A DNA stretch of 64,000 nt from a virus (taxonomy: Duplodnaviria; Caudoviricetes), in the IMG/VR virus record IMGVR_UViG_2739367553_000005, positions 21,071 through 85,070 of that record; one strand, written 5' to 3'. Below, one piece after another: positions 44,526-54,711 of this stretch; position 1 is the stretch's first letter; each line of letters starts with the position of its first letter. The notes under the pieces were generated by a model. That model was given only the letters and a program-made list of their open reading frames with translations. It was not told the DNA's origin and searched no databases. The position numbers and the translations under genes are program-made.

Positions 44526-46562
44526 CTAAAATGGAATTTCTCCCTGCTCCACATTGTAAAATCCATCATCTGATTTATTCCAGCCATAGATTTTATTTTC
44601 AGCAGGTGAGTTTTTAAGCCGCTTTGTTTCTGTTTCATAGTATAAAGGTACGAAATAATCCATTGTTCCACCGTCACGATCCTTTGCAATTTCGATCACA
44701 TTGGTGGATTCAAATAAAGGGTTATTATCATTCCAACCAAACATTTGCTTACCAAGCCTTTTAAAGTCATTATTTACCCTGTGTACTATCAAGGCATTGT
44801 CAACGGCATTGCCTAGATCCGCGGTACCGGAAATATCGTCCAGCCGGAGGAATCCCATAGCCTTTCTGGGGTGTGCTACAAATAACACATGGACATTGTG
44901 TTTCTTAGCAATCCGCTGCATATCCAGAATAAACGCTGTCTGCGCCTCGAATTTATTATCCGATAGGCAAAGGATATTGAAAGCCATCAGATTATCCAGA
45001 ATCAGCAAGTCCAGTTTCTTTTCCACGATGGCTTTTTCAAACTGCTCTGCCACCGCGCGGTAATCATTACCATAATCGTTGTTGTACAGGAAGAAATGTT
45101 GCCCTAACCATTCTGCAATTTGCTCTTTATATTTTCGTGTGACATTGTAATATCCCTCGAACTGTGTAGGTTCCGTATATCCTCTACCGGCTGCCTGCAG
45201 ATCCATCCATCTCATAAAATTCTTTGGAGCCAACTCTCCGGAGAATATACCCACATTATTTCCAGACTCTACTGCATCCAAGGTCATCTCTGAAATGACA
45301 CTTGACTTACCCGAAGCTCTTAATCCAGACATAATAGTTACATATCCCTTTTTAAGTCCCCTCAGTTTTTTGTCAATATCGGCAATTCCACTTTTTACAA
45401 AACGCTCCTCCGGCACTTGAAGATCCAGAATGTTTCTCGCGGTGAAGAAAACCGGATTCCCCTGGACAGGAACTATGCTTTGTATTGGTCGCTGTATTAC
45501 CGGTTGTCGAGAGTAGATTTTTCTTTCATACTCCTGCTGCCGCTTTTCATAAGCATCTGGCTCGAATAGTTTTCTTACGTCTTGCCATGTTTTATCGGAA
45601 CAGGAATTGTGAAAACAGTGAAATCCTATGGCTCCTGACCTGGTCTGAAAGATACAGGCATCTTTTCCTTTATGGTTGCTGTCAAAAGGACACTCTTCCA
45701 AAATGAATTTAATTCCATCACTGTAACTGGACTTTCTATACCGGATATAAAACCGCTGCAGCCAATCTTCCAGGTCAAATTCCTTTGGGTTATAGTTATT
45801 ATACTTCTGTGGTTTCTCCTGCTTTTCCGGTATCAAGGACACTAACTTTTCCAGATAAATTCTATCCGTTGGCTCCCGGCTCCCCTCTGAAAGCAAGTGG
45901 CTAAGCCTATGTGGATTCTGTTCCGTGTTGCTACCTTTTCGGGCCATAGTTCCATATAATTTACAGATCCGGGAAGGATTGAAATTGGTGGTATCAATCT
46001 TCAATTCATCATCACTGAAAAACATATCCAAAGCTGCTAAGCAACCTTTGACCAGCTTTTTGTTATCCTCGTTATTAGCGATCTGTATCCGGTATAGCAG
46101 ATGGATGCCGTTACCGCTCAAAGCTGTTACTGGATCATTGAATCCAAGATTCTTCATGAACACATAAATCTGATTACCGCGTTCCTTTGCTTTATGCAGC
46201 TGCTCATCAGAACTGGAGACACCCGCCGGCCTTTGCGGATCCACATCTATGAAAAGCCATTTATACCCCACAATATCATTGTCATTAGTCGTATTCTTTG
46301 CGTTCATAACAAACTTTTCTCGCTGCTCCCGGGAATAACAATCCTCTTTCACTTTGCCCAGGGTTATGTAAATATTGCTATCAGTAGAATTTAATCGGCA
46401 AAGCTGGTCAATCAAGGATTCCGGTGATTTAAAGTATCCGCTGTAAACTTTCTTGCCATTAGCTTCCAGACACCGCACCTCAAACAATTCACCTTCCGGT
46501 TTAATGACATTGATTGTTTTGCGTATTTCATCAGGTTCAAATAATTTATGTCCTATTGCCAT
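44526..46562 (-). CDS. Primase/helicase fusion (N-terminal primase-like domain, C-terminal SF4 helicase)
   Basis: IDVDPQRP, SGNGIHLLY, CPF..CFHNSC Zn motif; Walker A GLRASGKSS, LILDNL, FVAHPRK. Confidence 0.85.
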   Translation of the reverse strand: MAIGHKLFEPDEIRKTINVIKPEGELFEVRCLEANGKKVYSGYFKSPESLIDQLCRLNSTDSNIYITLGKVKEDCYSREQREKFVMNAKNTTNDNDIVGYKWLFIDVDPQRPAGVSSSDEQLHKAKERGNQIYVFMKNLGFNDPVTALSGNGIHLLYRIQIANNEDNKKLVKGCLAALDMFFSDDELKIDTTNFNPSRICKLYGTMARKGSNTEQNPHRLSHLLSEGSREPTDRIYLEKLVSLIPEKQEKPQKYNNYNPKEFDLEDWLQRFYIRYRKSSYSDGIKFILEECPFDSNHKGKDACIFQTRSGAIGFHCFHNSCSDKTWQDVRKLFEPDAYEKRQQEYERKIYSRQPVIQRPIQSIVPVQGNPVFFTARNILDLQVPEERFVKSGIADIDKKLRGLKKGYVTIMSGLRASGKSSVISEMTLDAVESGNNVGIFSGELAPKNFMRWMDLQAAGRGYTEPTQFEGYYNVTRKYKEQIAEWLGQHFFLYNNDYGNDYRAVAEQFEKAIVEKKLDLLILDNLMAFNILCLSDNKFEAQTAFILDMQRIAKKHNVHVLFVAHPRKAMGFLRLDDISGTADLGNAVDNALIVHRVNNDFKRLGKQMFGWNDNNPLFESTNVIEIAKDRDGGTMDYFVPLYYETETKRLKNSPAENKIYGWNKSDDGFYNVEQGEIPF

Positions 46563-47317
46563 GTCTCTCCACCATCATCTGCAGGATCTGGCTCATTTGG
46601 TTTGTTTTCAAGATAATTACCATCAAGCACCTTAGGGAAATTGTTCGGCCTTACAAACCAATCAAACGTGATGGTCCAGCCTCCTTTGCTTTGTCCAAGA
46701 AGAAATGGGCTATAGCGAATATTATCAATGGCCTTTAGAACATCATCAATTCCATAATCCCTTATCCGAACTTTTAGCCATTCATGCCTTTGAGACTCCG
46801 GCACCAATCTTGATATGTGCTTTACTGCCGGTAAAGAGTTCCAAGCATCAACGACACGTTGCACGTCAGTGCTACGAACAGTATCGTTAGATACTGTATT
46901 ATTATCTGGTTCTATATTTGGTTTATTATCTGGTTTTATATCTGGTATAGGTCGAACATTATCGCCCTTTCCATTGGACGATTTTGTCTCTTCCATTGGA
47001 CGTTTTTGCACAATGGATAATCCTTTTTCAGACAATGCATACCACAAAGTACGATCATAGGCATTTTCATTGTAATTTCCGGTAATGATAATCTCTTCTT
47101 CACGTAAATGCTTTAGTGCATTTTTAATCTGTCGCTCAGACACATAGGGGAATAGTTCATTAAATGCTCTTGTACTGTTATATGTCCAGTAATTACCGTC
47201 ATAAAAGTTTTGTTCATTAGCACGATTCTTTTCAATCCAATAATAAATATGATTGAGGAGAACAGCTTCTAAAATCCCATATTCTCCTGCTATTTCTGAA
47301 TCAAAACTATGTGTCAT
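46553..47317 (-). CDS. Replication initiator-like protein (N-terminal wHTH)
   Basis: YWTYNSTRAFNELFPY; C-terminal WTITFDWFVRPNNFPKVLDGNY. Confidence 0.75.
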   Translation of the reverse strand: MTHSFDSEIAGEYGILEAVLLNHIYYWIEKNRANEQNFYDGNYWTYNSTRAFNELFPYVSERQIKNALKHLREEEIIITGNYNENAYDRTLWYALSEKGLSIVQKRPMEETKSSNGKGDNVRPIPDIKPDNKPNIEPDNNTVSNDTVRSTDVQRVVDAWNSLPAVKHISRLVPESQRHEWLKVRIRDYGIDDVLKAIDNIRYSPFLLGQSKGGWTITFDWFVRPNNFPKVLDGNYLENKPNEPDPADDGGETWQ

Positions 47318-47319
47318 AT

Positions 47320-47799
47320 TTACACCCTCCCGTCAATAACTACTTCCTTTTGAGCTTTCTTTTGATGATATTTTAAGCGCGCATATTCCCGTTTCTTTTC
47401 AGCATTTCTCCTGTAATAATTACTTTGATACTGCTTCGCTTGTTCATAATGAGTCGTTACATATTTCCGACATCTTTTCGTATTTTTATTCGTATCATAA
47501 TTAACCTTTATTTTATCCAGAATTTCTTCCCGGCGACGTTTATAATAAGATTGGTTATATTCATGTCGATCAACGTAAGGTCTTACACCACGCTTGGCCG
47601 CCGTTTGACGGCCAATGTGATAATCCTTTCCAGCATTCCTATGTAATTTCTCATCATTCCAGGCTTCGTAATGCTCATAATCTCGGGTATTGGATTCTGA
47701 ATAATCCTCTGCTTCCAATTGGTCATTTCTACAATCGGCATATGGGCAATTGAAGCAATCAGGATAGCAGCATTTAGGAGGTCTTTTCTGCATAATCAT
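47320..47799 (-). CDS. Basic hypothetical protein
   Basis: CCYPDCFNCPYADC; Lys/Arg-rich C-terminus. Confidence 0.65.
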   Translation of the reverse strand: MIMQKRPPKCCYPDCFNCPYADCRNDQLEAEDYSESNTRDYEHYEAWNDEKLHRNAGKDYHIGRQTAAKRGVRPYVDRHEYNQSYYKRRREEILDKIKVNYDTNKNTKRCRKYVTTHYEQAKQYQSNYYRRNAEKKREYARLKYHQKKAQKEVVIDGRV

Positions 47800-48532
47800 T
47801 CACTCCTAACAACTCCAAAATCTTCGCTCCTGATTCTTCCGGTCTACAGAAAAGAAATCTGCATCCGTATTTTTCTTCCATTGTCAGGCAGGCTTTTGCC
47901 AGCCATTCTCCGGTTGCCGCATAGGGATATTTCTGCACCTTTTTATACCGTGGTTTTCCATTCCCCCAGAAGCCGATCATTTCTTTTCCATTCACCAAAA
48001 TGCCAAGCCTGGGATTCTGCCATAAGGACAAATCATCAATAGAAGTAACCTTGTCCTCATTCTCAACCAGTATGTAAAGCCGTATTCCACTATTCTGTGC
48101 CCGCTTAAGTCCTCGGTGAAAGAATCCGTGTCTCTTAACATAAAGAGCCTGGAATTGGTTCATAACGCTTTCAGGAACTCCATATTTGTAGCATACCTCA
48201 TTAATATCCTTTTCAGCGAAACGGTCAGTATCATCATCACAGATTGAATGAAAGACCTCGCATACACAACCTGCAGGAATATTCTCTTTTTCAGAAATCA
48301 CCCTGATTGCTGCCTCAATCTCTCTTTTAGGCATTTGCTTAACCTGGATATCTCCAATAAGCTCATGAATTGAAAACTTGGTATCTACTACTGATGACAT
48401 ATTTGTCAGCAAAGCATAATCGCCACAAGGAAGCTTGGAACGCATTACGTTGATTCCACAAGACTTAAAATATTGTCCCTTTAGTTCATGTTTTGAGGGC
48501 TTATTTCTTGTATCTTCAATTATCGTTACCAT
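47774..48532 (-). CDS. ERCC4-domain nuclease (putative resolvase) with an internal insertion
   Basis: IIEDTR, RSKLPCGDY, VVDTKFSIHEL, LYILVEN. Confidence 0.75.
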   Translation of the reverse strand: MVTIIEDTRNKPSKHELKGQYFKSCGINVMRSKLPCGDYALLTNMSSVVDTKFSIHELIGDIQVKQMPKREIEAAIRVISEKENIPAGCVCEVFHSICDDDTDRFAEKDINEVCYKYGVPESVMNQFQALYVKRHGFFHRGLKRAQNSGIRLYILVENEDKVTSIDDLSLWQNPRLGILVNGKEMIGFWGNGKPRYKKVQKYPYAATGEWLAKACLTMEEKYGCRFLFCRPEESGAKILELLGVNDYAEKTS

Positions 48533-49301
48533 TTTCACCAACCTTTGCATATGTAAAGTCATATAGTTTGCTGTTTCTTTTACCTTTAAGGCAGCACTGG
48601 ACAAAACCATCACTCAAATTGAGTTTTTCTGCCGTTTCTTTGATAGAAGCTCCCACAAAAATTAAACTTCCACTTTTATCATTAACCACCACAGGCTTTC
48701 TAAAGTCCTTTGGAGGATTTTGTATTCGTTTTCTAGCTGCTGTCCTACGCCTTCTTTGATTGTATTCAAACCTGTTTTCTTCTCTGTATTTGCGCATATA
48801 TTCTGTTCGGTGTTCCCGTCTTTTTGGTGTTTTATTGAGCGTATTATGATAAGTTCTACGATAATCCGTACAATCATATTTTTTTCTAAGTGCCTTTATC
48901 CTATTAGGATTTGCATTGTCCCATTTTTTTTGAGCTGCAATTCTTCTCTTTTTTCTTTCATTATCCGAAAGAATCTCATCTTTCAAATCACCACCCAGAG
49001 TTCTGTTATAGCCATACTTTCTATCATTAGCTTTATATTTAGAAATTAGTGCAATTTCCATTTTTTTTGCTTCATCTTTACCTAACTTGTTAGCAACAAT
49101 TAAATGTTGAAAATTCTCCCAGCCATATTTCAAGATTGCATTTTGAAAATATGGATTCCTTTTGTATCTTTGACCTTTGCTTCCCCATCTATCAGTAGGT
49201 TTTATAGATGTTATCCCTATATATCTTTTTCCAGAGGGCGAAATATGTATGTAAACACTAAAATTCTTTTCTATCTTTTTCGTGTTCTCCAGAGTTATCA
49301 A
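48516..49301 (-). CDS. Free-standing GIY-YIG homing endonuclease with NUMOD1-like C-terminus
   Basis: VYIH.SPSGKRYIGIT, E.ALI..Y.AN....GYN.T.GG, ASIKETAEKL. Confidence 0.85.
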   Translation of the reverse strand: MITLENTKKIEKNFSVYIHISPSGKRYIGITSIKPTDRWGSKGQRYKRNPYFQNAILKYGWENFQHLIVANKLGKDEAKKMEIALISKYKANDRKYGYNRTLGGDLKDEILSDNERKKRRIAAQKKWDNANPNRIKALRKKYDCTDYRRTYHNTLNKTPKRREHRTEYMRKYREENRFEYNQRRRRTAARKRIQNPPKDFRKPVVVNDKSGSLIFVGASIKETAEKLNLSDGFVQCCLKGKRNSKLYDFTYAKVGENGNDN

Positions 49302-49693
49302 CCAGAACCACCTCCTCGGGGACGATAAACACGCTCACCCTCAAGCCATTTCTCTTCTTCCTTTTGGTCCTTAACCATGCTACGTAATTTATCAATGAAT
49401 GGTTTATTGGCCTTGTCTGAATAGAATTTTGCAACTCGCTCAAGTTCAAGAGATCTATCCTTTGCAGCTCTGCGCCTGTTCCGGCTTATATGCCAACGAG
49501 TAGTGATTTTGTTACGCTCTTTGCAGTCATTCTCGAATTCAATTGCATGAAGAAAATCTTGTACTTTTTTATCTTCTGCGAACATTTCTGTACATGCTGT
49601 CTGATATTCTTTCTGGCATGTCACCAAATAATCAAGAAAATTTTTTATTACATCGGAAGGCTTCGGCTCATTTTTCTTTTTCACTTGCGGCAC
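49298..49693 (-). CDS. Hypothetical phage protein
   Basis: 131 aa; C-terminal RVYRPR motif. Confidence 0.7.
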   Translation of the reverse strand: MPQVKKKNEPKPSDVIKNFLDYLVTCQKEYQTACTEMFAEDKKVQDFLHAIEFENDCKERNKITTRWHISRNRRRAAKDRSLELERVAKFYSDKANKPFIDKLRSMVKDQKEEEKWLEGERVYRPRGGGSG

Positions 49694-49699
49694 CTCCTG

Positions 49700-50146
49700 T
49701 TAATTAAAGGGCAATCCTTCATCCTCAACTCCATCTGGGATATTAACAAAATCGTTACCAATGGCACCAGAAGTTCCTGGCGCATTTGACGGCTGACTTC
49801 CACCGCCAGAAGAAGCATTTTTACCGTCAGCAAATTCCTGCTCTTCAACAACAACATCTGTGGTGTAGACCTTTACGCCGTCCTTATTTGTATAACTACC
49901 GGTCTGGATCCTGCCAGAAACAAGCACTCTCATACCCTGGCGGAAATACTTCTCTGTAAACTCGCCACCTTTGTCAAAAGCTATACAGTTGATAAAATCT
50001 GCTGTTTGTTCATTATTGTCCTGTCCCCTGCGTTTTTTTCGATCCACCGCAAGAGTATATCTGGCTATTGCCATGGCTCTCTCGCCCTGTGAATATCTTA
50101 CTTCTGGATCACGGGTCAATCTCCCGCATAAAATCACACGATTCAT
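49700..50146 (-). CDS. ssb: Single-stranded DNA-binding protein
   Basis: MNRVILCGRLTRDPEVRY...ADFINCIAF...acidic tail ending LPFN. Confidence 0.93.
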   Translation of the reverse strand: MNRVILCGRLTRDPEVRYSQGERAMAIARYTLAVDRKKRRGQDNNEQTADFINCIAFDKGGEFTEKYFRQGMRVLVSGRIQTGSYTNKDGVKVYTTDVVVEEQEFADGKNASSGGGSQPSNAPGTSGAIGNDFVNIPDGVEDEGLPFN

Positions 50147-50198
50147 ATTTATGTCCTTCTTTCTCCGCCGGCCCATCACTGAACCGGCGGTAATGTTG

Positions 50199-50921
50199 TT
50201 ATGAAATCACTGTAAACTGCGGTAAATCTTCCAGTGCGAAACCAAGATACTTTTTGATATTTCTCATGGCTTCATTCTTCCAAGCGCCGCCATCAGCTTC
50301 AAAAATTGCACACTCAACTCCACGCCCATCGCTCTGCTTCATACGGAATACAAATGCACTTTCAGGCTGCTCTACTTCAATAAAGGTACGGAACGGGCGC
50401 AGATTCACTGGGTTTGGAACGATTGCTTTGTCAACAGAAGTAATTCCTGTCTTAACCGTAGCCGTCTGCGTTACTCCATCATCCCCATACTGAGCCACAG
50501 ATTCATCTTTTACAGTACCGGCAAATCTAAGTAATAAAGCTCTGTCATCATTGCTGATAAATTTTGACTGCAAAGCGATGATAAAACTTTCATGGTCCAT
50601 GTACCTGCCATAGCTGAAATCCGGAATCATAGCTGATACATTTACAAGACATTCACGTTTTCGATCTCCATCAAGGCAAGAAATCAGCCTAACTTCCGTG
50701 GGGGAAACCACCTGCACCAGCATCTGATTTGACATTTCGTCATTAAATGCTTTTGCATAGTCGATAAGGCCGGTAAGTGTATTCATTTCAATGGCTGCCG
50801 CCCGGAGATCATTATCTACTCGATAAATCTGCTTATCGGAATATGTATCTCCATTAATCGTAAGAAGATTTGCTTCACTTAATCCAACTACATACTGTAA
50901 TGCCTCTCTAGTCATATCCAT
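50199..50921 (-). CDS. Conserved hypothetical phage protein
   Basis: PNPVNLRPFRTFIEVEQPESAFVFRM...LFEADGGAWK-like pattern. Confidence 0.75.
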   Translation of the reverse strand: MDMTREALQYVVGLSEANLLTINGDTYSDKQIYRVDNDLRAAAIEMNTLTGLIDYAKAFNDEMSNQMLVQVVSPTEVRLISCLDGDRKRECLVNVSAMIPDFSYGRYMDHESFIIALQSKFISNDDRALLLRFAGTVKDESVAQYGDDGVTQTATVKTGITSVDKAIVPNPVNLRPFRTFIEVEQPESAFVFRMKQSDGRGVECAIFEADGGAWKNEAMRNIKKYLGFALEDLPQFTVIS

Positions 50922-50935
50922 AATTCATATCCTCC

Positions 50936-51370
50936 TTAAGCCTGTTTGGCTGCTCTCAAATCAACTACTTTGCCATCTGATTCTTCTTTGATTTCACCGG
51001 TATCTGGATCAACTGTTTTCCCGTCAACCTTTAAATCTCCCTGCGGTGTCTGATAATCTTTCAAGGACATCTGTCCACGAAGCTGCTTACCATATTCCTG
51101 AGCGAATGTTTCACCAGTTTTCAGATCCTTACCGATTGCCATTCTGGTAGCAATAGGAGCTACCGGAGCCGTTTTGGTTTCAACGGAAACATCGACCTCA
51201 GCATCGTCACGATCCTCATTCTGCTGTAAAGTAACCTTAACAGTGATTGCTCTCTTATTTTTCCAAGGAGTATTTGGATCCTGCATATTCTCTAAAACCT
51301 TACCCATAGCTGCATCGAACTTCTCCTGCAGGGCACCGCCTGCAAATTCTTTTAAATTTACTTCTGCCAT
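50936..51370 (-). CDS. Conserved hypothetical phage protein
   Basis: GGALQEKFDAAMGKVLENMQDPNTPWKNKRAITVK; GGAGG RBS. Confidence 0.75.
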   Translation of the reverse strand: MAEVNLKEFAGGALQEKFDAAMGKVLENMQDPNTPWKNKRAITVKVTLQQNEDRDDAEVDVSVETKTAPVAPIATRMAIGKDLKTGETFAQEYGKQLRGQMSLKDYQTPQGDLKVDGKTVDPDTGEIKEESDGKVVDLRAAKQA

Positions 51371-51465
51371 GATATCTTCCTCCATAGGCACTAATTGACA
51401 AGTTACATCTATTTCAACCCGGGTTAAAATCATCTTATAGTTTAGAGACTTTTCGGTCCTATCTA

Positions 51466-52008
51466 TCAGTAATTTTTCAACATTGTTTTCATCTTTTTAA
51501 GTATTCTTTTTTCTACGCGGCTTACATATGATTGTGATATTCCAAAACGTTCAGCAACCTCATGTTGCTTATAACGCCGCGTCTCACCAATGCCGTATAG
51601 CAAGCAGATTATTTTACATTCCCTATCCGGAAGAGAATGAATGGCATCGATAAGTGCCTTTATTCTTTCTGCTTTTTCAAGTTTATCCATATCCTCGTCC
51701 TCGTAACTTAAAGTATCACCGATAGTTAAAGGAGTTTCATCTGTACCTGGGATTACAGTTTCAAAAGATACAGTATGCGAATATTTTTTGATTTTACGAA
51801 TGTACATCAAAATATCATTGTGAATCACCCTTGTAGCATATGTAGCAAAGTTAATGCCTTTTTCTATATCAAAGGTGTCGGCTGCCTTAATCAATCCAAT
51901 CATTGCTACAGATTCATAGTCTTCTTCATAGCTAAACTTCTGCGCTACTGAAATGGCCAACCTTATGTTATTAGTGATTAAACATTCACGACGCTCAACA
52001 GGACTCAT
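51466..52008 (-). CDS. Sigma-70 family factor resembling sporulation sigmaE/sigmaK
   Basis: IGLIKAADTFD, FATYATRVIHNDILMYIRK, QHEVAERFGISQSYVSRVEKRILKKM. Confidence 0.85.
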   Translation of the reverse strand: MSPVERRECLITNNIRLAISVAQKFSYEEDYESVAMIGLIKAADTFDIEKGINFATYATRVIHNDILMYIRKIKKYSHTVSFETVIPGTDETPLTIGDTLSYEDEDMDKLEKAERIKALIDAIHSLPDRECKIICLLYGIGETRRYKQHEVAERFGISQSYVSRVEKRILKKMKTMLKNY

Positions 52009-52060
52009 AGAACGTAATATTTCAATTGTATTTTCAGCTTTTGAATATTTGGGGATTGTT

Positions 52061-52627
52061 TTATACTCTTTCCAAATCGTAATAGATCAACTCCTCATTA
52101 TCAGGGATCGGGCATTCATCATCTTTCCATTCCAGTGGTTTTATGCTCGACCAATGCTTTGTACCAGTATCATATAAACCAATAATTCTCAGAACCTCTT
52201 CTGTATAACACCGACTGTCAATTAGAAGCCGGTCAGAACGGTCATGCGCCCGATTATCAAGATTCTCCAATAGGTATTTATTTAACTTACATACGTCACT
52301 TAAATCTTTCTGTGATGGCTTGTGATGTAAGGTATATGTAATTCCATTCACTGCTTGCAGAACTGCTCTATCTGCCCATTTAGTTGTTTTAAGGCATGAT
52401 GTATAGAGCCATAACTTCCCGTTGTATCCGTTTGCTTGAAGTCTGTGAATCATCTCCACCACTCTTGGAGCGATCTCCATAGGTTCGCCGCCAGTAATAA
52501 CAAGCTCTTTATATTTTAATAAGTCCTCAAATTTAACCGCCGGTACATCACCGATATGCTCATTACAGCAATTCGGACAATTACGTGGGCAGTCATATGT
52601 AACGATTACTCTTGCTACATCTTTCAT
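52061..52627 (-). CDS. Radical SAM domain protein
   Basis: CPRNCPNC (CxxxCxxC), ITGGEP. Confidence 0.85.
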   Translation of the reverse strand: MKDVARVIVTYDCPRNCPNCCNEHIGDVPAVKFEDLLKYKELVITGGEPMEIAPRVVEMIHRLQANGYNGKLWLYTSCLKTTKWADRAVLQAVNGITYTLHHKPSQKDLSDVCKLNKYLLENLDNRAHDRSDRLLIDSRCYTEEVLRIIGLYDTGTKHWSSIKPLEWKDDECPIPDNEELIYYDLERV

Positions 52628-52640
52628 AAAACTCCTTTCA

Positions 52641-53372
52641 TCAAAATGGACTTTTATCCAGTTCCACTGCAAGTCCTGGTATTGCGCAATTTACATTAAT
52701 ACTTCTGCCAGTCACTTTCTGCATTTCATTGATAAAATACTTACCAGAACTAGAACCGGCTCCTAGATGGCACATTATGATGTTCCTAAGGTTTGGTGAA
52801 TTGTTCGCTTTAATGGCTCCGATACAGGTTTCCAGTGAAGCATGTCCCAGAAGTTTATGCTCATAGTTTGGTAGGTTCTTATCAATGAATTGTTCCTGGT
52901 AATTTGCTTCAATCAAGAAGTGTTGAACCTGCTGTTTCTGGAAATTGTACGGTATGTACTCATAGTCAGTAACGAACAGCAATCTTCCCATTTCTTCATG
53001 TTCAATTAGGTATCCAAAGTTTGGAGTTCCGTTATGGGGAATATGGAAAGTAATAACCTTGAACCCTCCTATATGAACCGCTTTAAACTCAGGCACGCTG
53101 TAAAACTGTGCACCGGAGATTTCTCCCACGGCTTGTTTTGTTTCTTCATTGGTATATACCGGGATTCCGGCTTTTAGATAATCTTTAGTATATTTAGAAT
53201 GATCTGAATGCCCATGTGTAAGCAAACAGCCTTTTATCTTTAGAATTTGCCAGTCAATGGCTTTTTTAATTTCTTTGAACGGGCAGCCACATTCAAGAAG
53301 TAGAATTTCATTATCTGCTATGAGCGCATATCCGTTGCCTTTGCTAGAACTGCCTATTACTTTTAATTTCAT
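52641..53372 (-). CDS. MBL-fold metallo-hydrolase (phage nuclease)
   Basis: GSSSKGN, THGHSDH, TDYEY, EANY, HAS, MCHL. Confidence 0.88.
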   Translation of the reverse strand: MKLKVIGSSSKGNGYALIADNEILLLECGCPFKEIKKAIDWQILKIKGCLLTHGHSDHSKYTKDYLKAGIPVYTNEETKQAVGEISGAQFYSVPEFKAVHIGGFKVITFHIPHNGTPNFGYLIEHEEMGRLLFVTDYEYIPYNFQKQQVQHFLIEANYQEQFIDKNLPNYEHKLLGHASLETCIGAIKANNSPNLRNIIMCHLGAGSSSGKYFINEMQKVTGRSINVNCAIPGLAVELDKSPF

Positions 53373-53391
53373 GCAAGCGTCTTCAGCTCCT

Positions 53392-54315
53392 TTATGCCCA
53401 ATCAGGGTTTTGCGGCTGTGGCGATGACGGTTCAGGTTCAGTCTGTTGCGCTTGAACCTCCAATTCATCTGCAGGTACTTCATCCTGTTCAACCGGATCA
53501 GATTCCTCTTGCATTGGAAATTCCTGTGCATTGGCATAACTCTGAACATCATAGGCTACATTCTCTGCAACAACATCTGCCGAGTCAATATCTTCTGCCT
53601 TATCAGCTGCTTCAATGGCAAATACATCACCATACTGCTGAACAATCTGCTTACAGGCCCTGGAAGTTACTGTTTTCTTGACCATCATGTCAGTAAATTC
53701 AGCATGAGTACCGCTGTTTTCTTTATAGCCATACCCCTTTTTCCATGCGGTCTTAATCTGATTGATGTTCATCACTTCCATGTATGTACTGCCATCAGCG
53801 AGGATAACTATGCAATAGGCACCTTTGATTTTGCTCAAGTCGATATTTTCAAAATCCTGTTTATGCTCGTCAAGAATCTTTCGACCATTTTCAATATGGT
53901 ACTTGAACGTATCTCCTTCATAGATGACCTCGGCATTGATATCTTTCGCCCCGTATCTATGTGCCATGGCCTTATGGCCGTGATAGGAAACCTGACACTG
54001 TAACTTACCGCCATAAGCTATTGGATAACACTGTCGCTTCTGCATTGATAGGCCCATTGTTACCATATCCATAAGAGAATTTGCAATGCTTGCCTGAGAG
54101 CAGGTTGACAGCACTTCTTTACCGTTCCTGTCCTTAGTTTCTTTTAAAATTAGATATGCACCCATTAAAGCATTTGTAGGATTGTAATCTGCCGGGAATG
54201 TAAGCCCATATTCCTGCTTCTGTTTCAACTGTGCATTTAAACCATCGATTAGGGCATTATTTACAATTAATGCTGCCTGCTGATTTGCCGTTGTAGCCAC
54301 TTCCTGTTTTGCCAT
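53392..54315 (-). CDS. recT: RecT-family single-strand annealing protein
   Basis: CSQASIANSLMDMVTMGLS...CYPIAYG...AEVIYEGDTF...MVKKTV. Confidence 0.85.
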   Translation of the reverse strand: MAKQEVATTANQQAALIVNNALIDGLNAQLKQKQEYGLTFPADYNPTNALMGAYLILKETKDRNGKEVLSTCSQASIANSLMDMVTMGLSMQKRQCYPIAYGGKLQCQVSYHGHKAMAHRYGAKDINAEVIYEGDTFKYHIENGRKILDEHKQDFENIDLSKIKGAYCIVILADGSTYMEVMNINQIKTAWKKGYGYKENSGTHAEFTDMMVKKTVTSRACKQIVQQYGDVFAIEAADKAEDIDSADVVAENVAYDVQSYANAQEFPMQEESDPVEQDEVPADELEVQAQQTEPEPSSPQPQNPDWA

Positions 54316-54317
54316 GA

Positions 54318-54566
54318 TTATTTATCCCCTTTCTGTTCAATGGATTTCCCTTTTAACTCTTCAACAACTTTTCCAGCAATCATCTTAACCTTATCCCGGA
54401 AAGATTTGATCTCACTTTCCGCTACATCAACCTCGGTGACAATTCCCTTGGCAGAAGAATTTATCTGGATCAGGTCTCCGATAGAGACCGCCTCCTCCGA
54501 AAAATATGTATAGGATTTACCACTGGGGACTTCTCCCTTTAAAAACTGCGCTTTAATAATTTGCAT
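54318..54566 (-). CDS. Small hypothetical protein
   Basis: KAQFLKGEVPSGKSYTY; RBS present. Confidence 0.65.
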   Translation of the reverse strand: MQIIKAQFLKGEVPSGKSYTYFSEEAVSIGDLIQINSSAKGIVTEVDVAESEIKSFRDKVKMIAGKVVEELKGKSIEQKGDK

Positions 54567-54711
54567 TAATTCCCCTCCATTTTCTTTTCCATCATTTTTA
54601 CTATTTGTTTCAGATATCTCATATCTTCATCTTTTAGTCGTTTAGCCGCTGTAATAAATATTTTCAATGCGTGTATGAATTCCGTAATGCGCACAATACT
54701 ATCATCGTCCA

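Noticed and set aside
48516-49301. Group I intron around the GIY-YIG ORF
   Set aside because: The ORF overlaps both flanking genes, leaving no room for intron core elements; no interrupted exon pair is seen.
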